NCBI GenBank assembly: GCA_963693365.1 | Contig: CAVNZM010000012.1 | Location: 7,878,001-7,942,000, forward strand | Direction of reading: 5' to 3' | Length of the DNA stretch: 64,000 nucleotides | Source of the DNA: Amoebidium appalachense | Lineage: Eukaryota; Protista; Ichthyosporea | Shown here: one piece after another, positions 13,224-24,914 of the stretch | Numbering within the stretch: the stretch's first letter is position 1 | Layout: the number at the start of each line of letters is the position of its first letter | Notes under the pieces: model-generated | What the model was told of the DNA's origin: nothing | The model's database searches: none | What the model saw: only the letters and a program-made list of their open reading frames with translations | Translations under genes and position numbers: made by a program

Positions 13224-13522
13224 TGTAACTTAGAGGTTTCTCTGTGAGACTTTATTATTTGCTGACTTGCATTGACTGGCCCGCCGGGACCTTTATATAC
13301 TTGTGGTCTGGCTCACTGGAATGTTACATACTATTCCCGATTGGTCTACCCGCCGCTATGGATCTAGTCGCTACCAATCAAAGCACTCCAATAGAATCTT
13401 CTAGACTCTTCTAGATCTATCCTGATCTATCGTGAACCTATCCACCAGTTTATCCCGAATATCTCGAATATTCCCGATCACTAGTGCTACGCTAACGCAG
13501 GGCATACCGGATGGCTATCCTG
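13224..13522 (-). repeat. 3' LTR of the copia element (major part; its terminal bases lie at 24603-24613)
   Basis: Identical by eye to 27572-27869. Contains minus-strand TATATAAAG (~13291-13299) and AATAAA. The LTR sequence resumes as CCTGTTCGACA at 24603-24613. Confidence 0.95.
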
Positions 13523-14410
13523 GCCCGGGTACCATATCAGGAGCGGGCAATTTTTGAATTCTCCCTCCCCGGCCCCGCCGGGGAAAATTTGAGGTTTTTG
13601 GACCTCAAAGAAGTCAAATCCTGCAAAATCCACTACCGGGAGGCCAAAAAGGGTGATTTTACAAAAAAGGAGGGACATACATGAAAAAGAGAAAATGGGC
13701 GAGTTCAGTGGGCTGCCGATAAGTATATTTCGTGCTGGGCCGGTATACATGCTGCCGTGGTTGTTGCTGTAGACGGCAGTATGGCATCGCATGTGTCACG
13801 TGACCTGCACGTGAATGCGACCATGTGCAGGCACTGAGTCTAGGGGGGATTTGTATGTGTGTTTTGGAGCACCGACAAGGCAGAGCCAGGGTGAGGGATG
13901 TGTAAACATGGAGTTTAGGGAGATCGTGCTGCTATTGTAACATGTGCACAAAACAGCCACGTGCACCGGCACACTCCGGTGTACAGAACAATAATATGCA
14001 CATGCGTCACTGTAATATCATGTATGCGCATGCCGCACAAGGTTTAGGAGACCACCACAGTATATACTATTTTCTTTTGGTTGATATCCATGTAGGAATG
14101 GTGTGTTGCAGTTGTCATGATCAGCCTGAGGCAGGCACGTGCACTCACTGAATCACTAGAACTCATGAATAAAAAATACATTCGCTAAAAACGGCAAGGT
14201 AAATTTGGGGCCAAGCTATTATTTCCCCCTTTTAAACGTTTTTTTAGCTCCAAGAACTTCGACGCCAAAATTTCTATATTTGGCCATCGTATATGATAAT
14301 GAACACGTGTACTTAAATTAAAGTAGTTATATAAATATGAGCGGCCCGTTACAAATACAGTGACGAAAAACAGTGACCCACGAGCAGTTTTTCTTTCTAT
14401 CCCCCCCCCC

Positions 14411-14441
<31 letters not shown>

Positions 14442-15755
14442 ACACACACACCAGACACACACACCACCACCACGGTGACCACCACCACCACCACCACCAC
14501 CACTCACCCCTTAAAAAAACCACACACATACGTGCACGTGTACACACACACACAGAACACCACCACCACCTCCACTGGACCCCATTTCCTCGTTGTTTTC
14601 TTAAGCCTTCAGACCAGTCCTGCACACTGGAGTTAAACAATTGAATTCACCTAGGCTGACATGCATCCACCCCCGCCTTCCACTTCCCTCCCCCCACCCC
14701 CTCCCCCCCCCCCCCCCCACCCCCACCCCTCCCCCTCGATGAAGAAGGGCCCCCGTAAGCCTTGGGGGGGGGGGGGGGGGAGGAGGGGAGAGGGGGGAGC
14801 TCTTGAGCCTCCGGGTAGGGAAGTGGGGTCCGGGGATCCGGAGAGGAGGGGGGGGGGGGGGGGGAAGGGGCATATAATATTGGGCCTAGATATCATAGTA
14901 TGGGGCCCCGGGGGAGGGGAGAGGTGGGGGGGGGGGGGGGGAGGATCCACGGGAAAGACCTTTAGGTGCATGTTCTTATTTATACCCCCTTCGAATCATC
15001 CCCCCTCTCCCCCCCCTCCCCCCCCTGAGTGCAGGCCGTGACGTAGCTACGATAACCCTGCAGAAGGCAACAAAAATGTATTAATTACTAGCACTATACA
15101 TGTGTTCATAGTGCAGCTTGCACCACGTATGATCTCAGCAACTTTAAAGTAGTCACAAAGTTTAGTTATTTTCATTATTTTCATTGCTCTGAACTCTATT
15201 ACTCTGAAATGATCACCGTGCATGTGCCGCAAGATAACAACCCTATATGTGTGCAGCTGCTGCCTGCAGGTTAGACTCGCTGAAAAGACAATTGTCAGTG
15301 TGCACCCGACGCTTGCAGCTGCAGCTAGCCTCTGCAACATTAATACTTGCCAAGTGAATGCTCTTACACTTGATCATCATTCACTCAAAAAACCGAGGAC
15401 CGACAGATTAAATATTAATGTCGATCCGAATGATCAGCAAGTGTCTATGCGTACTACTATATATACACACACGTAAAATGCGAAGCTATCAGTTACAAGG
15501 CACACCTGCTGCACTGGCACACATACACATACACACCGGCAGATCGATGCTGTCAAAATTTACTTTCATGTACTTCGTAGGTCCGACACAGGTGCACATG
15601 AACACGTACATATGTACAAGCCGCGCACACACCACACCACACATACACACACACACACACACACTCACACACACACACGCACACACGCACACACGCACAC
15701 ACGCACACACGCACGCACGCACGCACACACACACACACACGCACGCACGCGCGCG

Positions 15756-15817
<62 letters not shown>

Positions 15818-16258
15818 GACACACACACACACACACACATCACTGGGTGCGCTCGCTGGGGATTAGTTTTTTGGCACGCTGTTGACTTTATCGTGTGTTT
15901 ATTATTTGCTATTTATTGGCCAGCGGCCAACATTTAAAAATATACTATATACCTAAAAATAGATACTGACTACGGCCAGCAGACATTATACACCTTCCAG
16001 GACACATTAACACCAATAGTCTAACACACCATACTCTCGATCACAAAGAATTCCTAACAAACAGAGAAAAGTGCAAAGGCTCTGTACTATTACTCAGATT
16101 CTAAATTTTAATTCTTTACAGTAAACTTCGGAATGAAAGCTAGCCCCCCCCCCCCCCCCCCCCCCCCCTCCCCCCCTAACATGACTGTACGAAGAACAGG
16201 TATAACTTGAAGCACTACAACACATATGAGATCCGTTACATTGGTGTACATTCCAATA

Positions 16259-17915
16259 TTAGACACTAGTTTGGCTACTCTGACTACTCTGAGATCCTGA
16301 TTGGCTGCCTGCAGACTTGCGGCCACGATTACTTTGCTTTCGATCGTGCCATTGCAGCTGCGTCTCTCCAGCAGGTGGCAACGCCAGGCCCAGCACAGCA
16401 GATGCACGAGAAGGGGGTGGGAACTGCCCACCAGCCGAGGGCTGGCCCACATGGCCCAAGTAAGGATGGGGACCGTGCTGCGGCAGTAGCCCAGGCATGG
16501 GGAAGGCAGGGCCGGGCTGAGGCGGCATGATGCCCCACGGTGGGGGCCAGCCATGTGGGTGGTGCGGGCCTGGATGGGGTGCAGGGGGCATGTGCGGCAC
16601 ATGGCCCTGCTGCATGTCAAGCGCGGGTGCTGGTGGCATGGCATCCTGATTGGCTGCAACCCAACGTGGGCAGCTCTTGGCCCGATTGGAGCCGGGGCAG
16701 CCCTTGCCCTGGCGGCCACACGTCTTGCAGGTCTTGGGGGCTCTCTGGGGTGGCTGCATAGGAGGGGGCACCGGCAAATCCATCTGCAGGGGCCCCTCAG
16801 GGCCAATGTTGCGATGCTTTTTGCCCACTAGCATGGGCAAGGGCCGCTCACGCTGCGCCCCTGCATCGACACCGTCTGGAACAGGGAGGGGTGGCAAGGG
16901 GGCAGGCCGTATGGTTGCTGGCACAGCGTCTGCCCTCTCCTCGCGCATACGCTTGCGGTGATCTGCCAGGCCCTCGTGTGTGGAGCGCTGTGCATGTGCC
17001 GTCTGCCAGGTCTTCCACTTGTCGAAATGCTTCTTGATGTAGGCCGCATCCTTCATGTAGATTCCCCCAGCCACAGAGGCAGCCTTGTTGAAGTCTTGGG
17101 CCAAAGCCTCGAACAGCTGGCCGTTGGGCTTTGCATGTGCCTTGTAGGTGCCCAGGAGCAGCGTGCTGAATAGCTTGCGCTCCTGAGGGGTAAGCACCGG
17201 AAGGAAGGGGATGGCCACATGTTGCTTCTGCGCCAGGAACTTGTAGTCGCCCCTCAGTGCAGGGTCCGGCTGTGGTGCACCACGCGCCACCTGGTTGCCC
17301 CCCCCCATGGCAGCACCGTCACCCTCCTCGACCTCACAGTCCTCTGGCCCGCCCATCACGCCATTGGCTGCAGGCTCGATGTTATCAGACGGAGGTGGGG
17401 GTGCGGGCACCGCAACTGGCTCCTGCGCCGGGGCATTGGCCACACAGGAGAGCGGGGCAAAGTTGAAGTACTCCTCCGGTAGCTTGTAGCAGCCTACGGG
17501 TACCCACTGGGGGTCGAGGTGATGGCCGTACAGCATCAGCGCCAGTGCCTCCATGTCGTCAACAATCCAGGGGCTGTAGTGGGGGGGCCCCGATGCCTGG
17601 CCCAGGCGGTTGCGGTAGTGTGCACGCAGGTTGTGGCGGTGGCGCCTATTGGACATGGTGGCGTCCAGCAGGCGCAGCGACATGCGTGTGGCCCCAAAGT
17701 GGGTGGCCAGGGGGTTGTGCACTGCCCCCTCCACCTCGTTGGTGCCCCGGATGCAGCGGTAGCGCATGAGCCCATCTGCGTCGGCAGTGGTCTCGTAGTA
17801 GAGGGGCAGGCCGGGGGGGTCCGACAGACAGCCATTTTGGGCGTGTTCGAGCAGCGACTGTGGGGGCACAAGCAAACATCAGAGAGATGGGTGGGTGGTG
17901 GTGGTGGTAGTGTGT

Positions 17916-17989
<74 letters not shown>

Positions 17990-18061
17990 TGGGGTTGCTA
18001 AGGAAAAAAACGAGCAGGGAAAGGCAAAAAACAACTGGCTAGGCAGCAAGGGCCGTGCGGG

Positions 18062-18155
<94 letters not shown>

Positions 18156-18730
18156 ATGTTTGGGGGGGGGAGGGGGGGGGGGGGGGAGGCTAGGGTGTGC
18201 GTGTGTGTGCAGATGAACCAAGGATGACAAATAAGCGAAGAACCTTTTCTGTGGTGGTGGAGTTGTTGGGCGCCTGCAGGGGGAGGGGGGGGGGGGGGGG
18301 GGGGGGATGTTGCCTCGAGTCTTTCAAAGCCATCCTTCTTGAACAGAGGCTTGCCATCCGGTCCGGGCGGCACATCCTTGTAGGTGTTTTTGAACTCCAC
18401 CAGCCGCGAGACCAGCGTGTATGGGTCGGGAATAACCCGCCGGATGCGCTCCATGAAGTAGCTCAGGTCGCCGCCCTTGAGCTCGGTTTCAATGTCGATG
18501 CCCTTCTGCTCCAGCACCCCCTGTGAGGCAGGATGCCAATATTAATTTACTACGCACACTGCAATTTGGGTTTGGTAGACTTTGATACCTGCCGTTATTG
18601 TAGGACCCCTCCCCTCCACCCCCCCCATCTTCTCCCCCAACACAAGTAAAAAATGCATGTGGCTATTTCCCCCCACAACCCTACATTATTTCTCTCTAGG
18701 CATATGAATAACCCCCACTCTCCTCCCCCC

Positions 18731-18826
<96 letters not shown>

Positions 18827-19878
18827 TTGCCCCCCCTCTCTCTGAGGCTCAGGCTCTCTCTCTTCCCTCAGAAGTTTTGTCGAAGGTGTGCATGGTTGTG
18901 GGTGGAATGGTGAGTGTGTGCTAACGAGTGTATGTGTGTGTGCGCGTCAGTCACGCATGTTGTTGTTGCCGTTTTTTTTATTTTTATTTTTTATTTTTTA
19001 TTTTGGGGGGGGGGGGGGAGGGGGGGGGGGCACCTTCACATGTCCGTAATCCTCTTCATTCCACACAAATATTGCCTCGCTGAGTGCGCGTGCGTACTCA
19101 GCCCTGCGGGGGTGTGACTTGTACGTGCCGTCCGCCGTGTTTGCAATGGAGTGGAAGGCGTCATTCAGCACAGTCTGCCACACCACCTCCCCAGGCGGTG
19201 CCTGGCCCAACATGCCCTCTCTGGGAGCTGCCTCGGGTCCCCCTGGGGCTGCCTCAAGGCCCCCCGGGGCTGCCTGGGGGTCCTGGGGGGGTGCCTGTGG
19301 GCCGGCAAGGGGTTGCTGCTGCTCGGCAGGGGGAGGCCTGGCAGGGGGAGGGGCTGGGTCAGGGACCACCGGCACCTCGGCACCTGGGTCCGGTGGGGGC
19401 TGAATGGGCCGTAGCCACTGCAGGTGCACCATCAGCTCAAAGGGCGGCGGGCCCAGCTCTCCCAGGGTCTTGCCCTTGTCGGGGCCAAAGGGCACCTGCA
19501 TGGCCGGCGACAGCACCTGATCCACCCGCACCACTGCATGCTTCTTGCCCACCTTCATGCCCCCCCAGCGCTCCGGCTGCACAGCCAGCACCACCCCGGT
19601 GGCTGCTGCAGCATGTGGGCCCCGCCGGGGCACAATCTCAACCCCTTCACCGAGTGCCTTTGCATGAAGCCGCGCTGCATGTCATAGAGGGAAGCAAAAA
19701 ACTCAGCCAAAAAGCCACAGCACCAACGTTTTTCTCTTCGCTCCACAAAAATCAAATGCATATTCCTTAGCAACCCCCTTCCCCCCCCCCCCCCCCCCCC
19801 CCCCCCTTCTCCCTCCCCCCCCCCCCCCTCTCCCAGTGCCCAGCTTGTGTGGCACTTGCACGTGTTAACAGTGCTATA

Positions 19879-19909
<31 letters not shown>

Positions 19910-21514
19910 CCACCACCACCACCACCACCAATCACCCCCTCCTTTGATAGCCACCCGACACCCAGCATAACACAACTGGAACACTGGCCCATGTGGTCAG
20001 CCACCCCCCCCCCCCCCCCCCCCTCCCCTCCCCCCCCTCCCCCTCTCCTCTGGGGGGCCCACAATCTTTCTATATCTGGCATAAGCACATAAGCACTGGG
20101 GCAAAAAGCAGGTGGGATACACACCTGACAGGTTTGGCCTATCGACCACGGCCGAGTAGACCTGCAGGGACGCATATGCATCAAGGGCAGCGTAGGTGGC
20201 CTGCACCTCTGATAGCGGCTCGTGCCAGTTGGAGCATCGAACAAGTGCCGGCTTGGGCAGCTTCTTGCCTATGACCTGGGCAGTGATGTCGGCCAAGCCC
20301 CGGGCCGCAGAGGTGATAGCTGCACGGGCATAGCAGAACCGGCCCAGCTCCAGATAGCTGGCCACAGGGGTGCCGTAGTCCTTGTTGAGGTGGGCCGAGT
20401 CCGTGCCGATCTGCTTGCCCACCTTGATGATGCTGGGGTCCCTAAGCAGCGCAATCAGCTCGTCCACCAGCCGCGCGGGCGGGCTGTGGTTGGGGCCCAT
20501 GCGTGCCAAGTGGAAGATGTACACGGCCCGTGCGGTGGCAATCTGCAGCGTGCAAACCTTGGACCGCGCCTGGCCCACCCGATAGACCCACTCGCAGTCC
20601 AGCCCCACCACGCGGTGCTGCTGCCCCTCCAGGTCGGCACGAATGGCCGCTGTAGCCACCACCGCCCCCTGGCAGTCGGTGTACACCGGCTTAGGGTAGT
20701 TGGCCGGCAGCTCCAGCCCAGGCAGACCGTCCGTCACGCTTACCAGCGCAGCCTCGTTCAGACGGACGGGGCATTTTGGCCGGGCTAGGGTTGGAAACAT
20801 GCGCTCAACAAACGCCCGGTCTTGGCAGCACCGATCTGTGTAGAAGAAGGCCGGGCCCTTGCTGTTGAGCGCCGCCGTGGTGGCAGAGATGCGCTGGATC
20901 ACGGGCTCAATCTCCTGGTGGCTGCAGTCCCGTGTAAATACCTGCGCCCGGATCTCTGGGGTGCCGCACTGTGTGAGAGGGCATCTCCGAGCAGCCATGC
21001 ATGTTCTAGCTTCCCTTACCACATGGCCCTTCACGAGACTTCAGTGCCCACACAATCCTTTCCCCCTCCCTCCCCCCAAACCCATGTGCCCACATACTTT
21101 CCCCTCCCTCTCCCCCAAAACCCTTCCCCCTCCTTCCCCCCAAACCCATGTGCCCACATACTTTCCCCAGGCCTCCCTTTCCCCCAAAATCTTCCCCCCC
21201 CCTCCCCCTAAACCCATGTACCTACAATCCTTCCCCCTTCCTCCCCCTAAACCCTTGTGATCACAATCCTTTCCCCCTCTCTGCCTTCCCCCCAAACCCA
21301 TGTGCCCACGATCCTTCCCCACTCCCCCTCCCCCCAAACCATGGGACAGCCCTCCATATGGCACCTACTGTCCCCCCCCCCCCCCCCCCCACCCCACCCC
21401 GGGCCTCTTGCCCTCTCTACCTTCAACCCCGACGGTGGTGTCTCTCCCCCCCCCCCCCCCCCCTGCATCCCTTGCAATCACTGGCCCCTACTCCCATTCT
21501 GCTTGGCAGAAGCT

Positions 21515-21580
<66 letters not shown>

Positions 21581-22808
21581 ATTCCCCGCCAAAAGAAAGC
21601 TCCACCCCAGCCCACCCCAATCTCTACCCAGCAAAAACACATACACACATATCTGGAGCTTCCTAGTTTTTGCTCGACAGGGCAAGAATTGTCCCCAAAA
21701 CCCACATACTACAAACCTCTACTCACAGTGTGCCACCTCATTAAATGTGGAGCCTAAGAGATTTAAAGGCCCTAGAGGGGGAGGGGGGGGGGGGAGGGGG
21801 GGGGGGGAGGGGGCGTGTGTGTGTGTGTGTGTGTGGGGGGGGGGGGGGGTGGGGGGCGTGTGTGGGGGGGGGGGGAGGGGGGGGAGAGGGGGCCTGGGGG
21901 AGAGTGGGGGGAGGGGGGAGAAGAGGAGGGACCACACACCGCCAAGCTCGTTTACACAAGTCCATAGGCCTCGGTACAGAGGCTCCCCATTGATGCCGGT
22001 GAGCTTCCCAATTTGGAAGGTGTGGTCGGCCTTGAGCACGTTGTTTACGGGCTTGAGCTGCGTGTCCAGGCTCTGGTACTTTGCCGTGCGGTCGCTGAAC
22101 TCAGTATACACGGCACTCAGGTATTTGCCTGAACCCCAAGTACTGTTAGAACTCCACCACCCTCCCATCAGGACCATCCCCCCCATTCCCTCTAGTCCCT
22201 CGTGTTCATCTCACCTCTCTGTATTTTCGTAAGTCTGTATGGCTTTTCCCATCTCAAAAACGCTACACACCCATCTCCGGCCGTTTGCCCCCCCCCCCCC
22301 CCCCCCCCTCCCCCCCCCCCCCCCTCCCCCCGCCTCCCGGCGCGCGCAAACCCTCCAAGTCATTGCACCAACTTTCACCTTCTTTCCCCTTTGTGCCCCA
22401 TCTGCAGTTTGTCCCCTGCACGTCCGTTTGCCCTTCCCCCCACACCCTCCTGCCACTACTATAATAACCATTAAGTACCGCCACCAAGATCCAGTCTACC
22501 ACCATGTGCCCTCCCCCCCCCCCCCCCCCCCCCCCCCCCCCGCTCTCCACCTCCTTTCCCCCAACACACACAGACACACATGCGCACACCCACCATCTAA
22601 TTTCAGGCATAACAGTTCTCCACGATTTCCCAAGCACACTCACTGGTACATGGACCGTTATGCTTTCACCCCTCTGATGATCCCTCTGCCCTCCCCCCCC
22701 CCCCCCCCCCCCCCCCCCACCACCACCACCACCACCACCACCACCATGACTGATTGCCACCACCACCACCTAATCCATCACCATGTCCCCCCTCCCCCTC
22801 CCCCCCCC

Positions 22809-22839
<31 letters not shown>

Positions 22840-24235
22840 ACACACGGACCCACAAGTACACGCACACTCACAGGCGCACATCCACCACCACACATCCACC
22901 ACCACCATAATAGAAACTTATTGACCACACTTCCAAAACCCATTTCCAAGTCCCCCCCCCCCCCTAAAAAAAAAATAAAAAATAATAAAACAAAACCCTA
23001 CCAAGCCAACCCAAAAAATGCCCAAGCACGTGCATACAAAACAATGGGGACCATTTACACACCCAAAATGCAGTGCACACTTGCCTGAAGGCACATGTCC
23101 AGCGTAACCATTTTTGTCACCAAACGCCGAGAACTTAGCCGCCTGCTCCTCTGGGGGAAGTTCTGTCAGGCGCTGGTCGTGGGGGCGGAAATCGTTACGC
23201 TTTTTGAGTTCATACTTGGTCCAATGCAGCGCCCTCGAGTAATACAGGAGCCGCTGCTCGTCGTATCGCTGCTTGTGGAGCTCCGAGAGGAGGGTGGCAA
23301 AGGCGTTTGGGCCCACACCTTTGTCTGCCAGTGCACGCAACAATGTTACCACCTTTAGGTCGAGCCCACTGCGGTGGCTAAGGTAGGCCGGAAACTGATC
23401 ACGCATGAAGAGTGGAAGGCGTTTAATTGTCTGGGGGTTTGTGCCGGCAAAGTTTTTTTTGCATGTGTCACAAAAGTACCGGGCCGTGATAATGTAGTAG
23501 CAGCTGTCAAAGTCGATAACACGCCGTCCTACGGGGTTGCTCATGAACCCATTGCGAGAAGTACGGTGTGGGTTGGGGTGGTTGTGGGGGTCCACGTAGT
23601 GATCATCGAAGGGGCACGGCACCATGAAACCGGGAGACAACCTTTCCGGAAGCCAGGCAAAACATCTGGGTTTGTAGAAAGGCGCTGGATCGCCCCCAAA
23701 TTTAAAGCCTATAATGGGAGGTGGAAGATGCCACCCCACAGGCGTCTTCTCATCTTTGAGACTCTCTTTCACTGTGTGCAGGTGCGACTTGATTGTTTCG
23801 CCCGCCGCGTCAGAAAACTCCTCTCCACCGTCATCCCCGTCCGTATTATCTTCTCCCTCTTCCTCCCCTTCATCCTCGTCTACCCGGTACGCATCTGCTG
23901 CTGCATTTAGCAAAGGTTCCTCGTCGGGTTGCACCTGTATGTCTGGTGGGTGTGGAGCAGGGGCCCGATCCATTTCTCTTGGTAACGAATGGACGCTACC
24001 TGCCTCAACTACACGGGCCCTTATGTCGGCGGCCTTAGATAGAGGGGGCTGTTCGGGTTGTACGTTTACGTTTAGTTCCTGCAAAACAGCTTTGTTTGCC
24101 GTCCCAAAACCTGCAAAGTTCGCTAAAGGCTGAACAAATGCAGCATCTTTTTTTTTTGCGCCCAGCTCCCTCCCTAGCTCCGCCTGTTTTATGCCCAGGG
24201 CGCTGTGTTGTGCCCTTAGGGCAGCCTGGCTTCAT
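16259..24235 (-). CDS. Dada-type DDE transposase with inserted DEDDy 3'-5' exonuclease, ~1540 aa, 6 exons (one +1 frameshift in an A10 run)
   Basis: Exons 24235-23085, 22128-21940, 20955-20125, 19674-19034, 18520-18314, 17857-16259 join in frame; introns 1 and 5 use GC donors. Motifs: GGAREGAGRK; DUF6729-like region (RRVIDFDSCYYIITARYFCDTC, FPAYLSHRSG); catalytic KADHTF, YTDRCC, DAFH, RGTNEVEG; exonuclease VGLDCEW, IGTD, YAALDAY; C-terminal CKTC..C..C finger. Confidence 0.85.
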
Positions 24236-24414
24236 TTTAAACACTTGGGGCCTGGCCCCCTGCCCCCCTAGTGCGACTACGTTACCGCAAACATTCCCGT
24301 ATTCCAGTGTGCTCGGCAATGCTGCTCATGGCCTTAAATTCGCGCTCTTTACTGGTCACAACCAGTCCGGGAAGGCCATGAGCAGCATTGCCGAGCTGGG
24401 CGCAAAAAAAAAGA
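24146..24414 (-). promoter_or_regulatory. Compound inverted repeat bracketing the transposase start codon
   Basis: Perfect 25-bp IR, 24311-24335 vs 24372-24396. Second IR of ~22 bp, 24146-24168 vs 24393-24414. ATG at 24235 lies inside the larger loop. The repeats are directly visible; a regulatory role is inference. Confidence 0.55.
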
Positions 24415-24613
24415 AAAAAATTCCTGACCGCCGCCTACAGCAGTGTATGATCTGTTATCCATATTCGGCAAAAGGGGTCTTGCCCAACCAATGGCTTGAA
24501 TCCTTGTAACTTTGCTTTATCCATATAAGGTTAGCTGAACACCCCCCCTCCAATCATACCCCCCCCTTCTCTCTAGTAGTAGCTCCTGGCATGCCGCACC
24601 CCCCTGTTCGACA

Positions 24614-24626
24614 CCCCCACTTGCAC
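24614..24626 (-). other. Polypurine tract of the copia element
   Basis: Minus strand reads GTGCAAGTGGGGG immediately followed by the LTR start TGTCGAACAGG. Confidence 0.8.
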
Positions 24627-24746
24627 TGTGTTCTATCTATGTACCGCATGCAACCTAAACCTAAGATGCAACTCTAAAACTATGCTACTATACTAACACA
24701 TATAACACCTACTACACGAACATTAACACTACACTATTTGTAGTTC

Positions 24747-24914
24747 TTACTCAGCCATGCCGATGGCCTGCCGATGCTGCACTAACTTAAGTCTCCCTAA
24801 AGCTTTGGTGCACATGTCGGCCACGTTACTGTTCGTGCTGCAATACACAAGTTCTACATCCCCATTCTCCACACACTCACGGGTGTAGTGGTACTGAACG
24901 TCGATGTGTTTGAT
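24747..24914 (-). pseudogene. Out-of-frame C-terminal RNase H remnant of copia pol
   Basis: Translates IKHIDVQYHYTRECVENGDVELVYCSTNSNVADMCTKALG...AE*, containing the KHID and ADxxTK signatures of Ty1/copia RNase H. Confidence 0.9.

Larger units (their letters stand above)
13522..24604 (-). mobile_element. Dada-like (MuDR-related, TIR-less) DNA transposon, ~11.1 kb, inserted in the copia 3' LTR
   Basis: Boundaries fixed by comparison with the intact 5' LTR. CCTG occurs at both junctions (13519-13522 and 24603-24606). No long TIRs, but a symmetric subterminal CAT-nn-CAGGAGC inverted motif (CAGGAGC at 13538-13544, GCTCCTG at 24582-24588). Encodes a DDE transposase. Confidence 0.8.

Noticed and set aside
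13500-13545. tRNA or snRNA gene at the Dada-like target site
   Set aside because: Only a GTTCGA hexamer and a weak A-box-like TGGC are present; no cloverleaf or U1/U6 sequence is visible.
20125-20955. Stand-alone host WRN/EXD2 exonuclease gene
   Set aside because: It splices in frame between transposase catalytic motifs inside an LTR-interrupting insertion.
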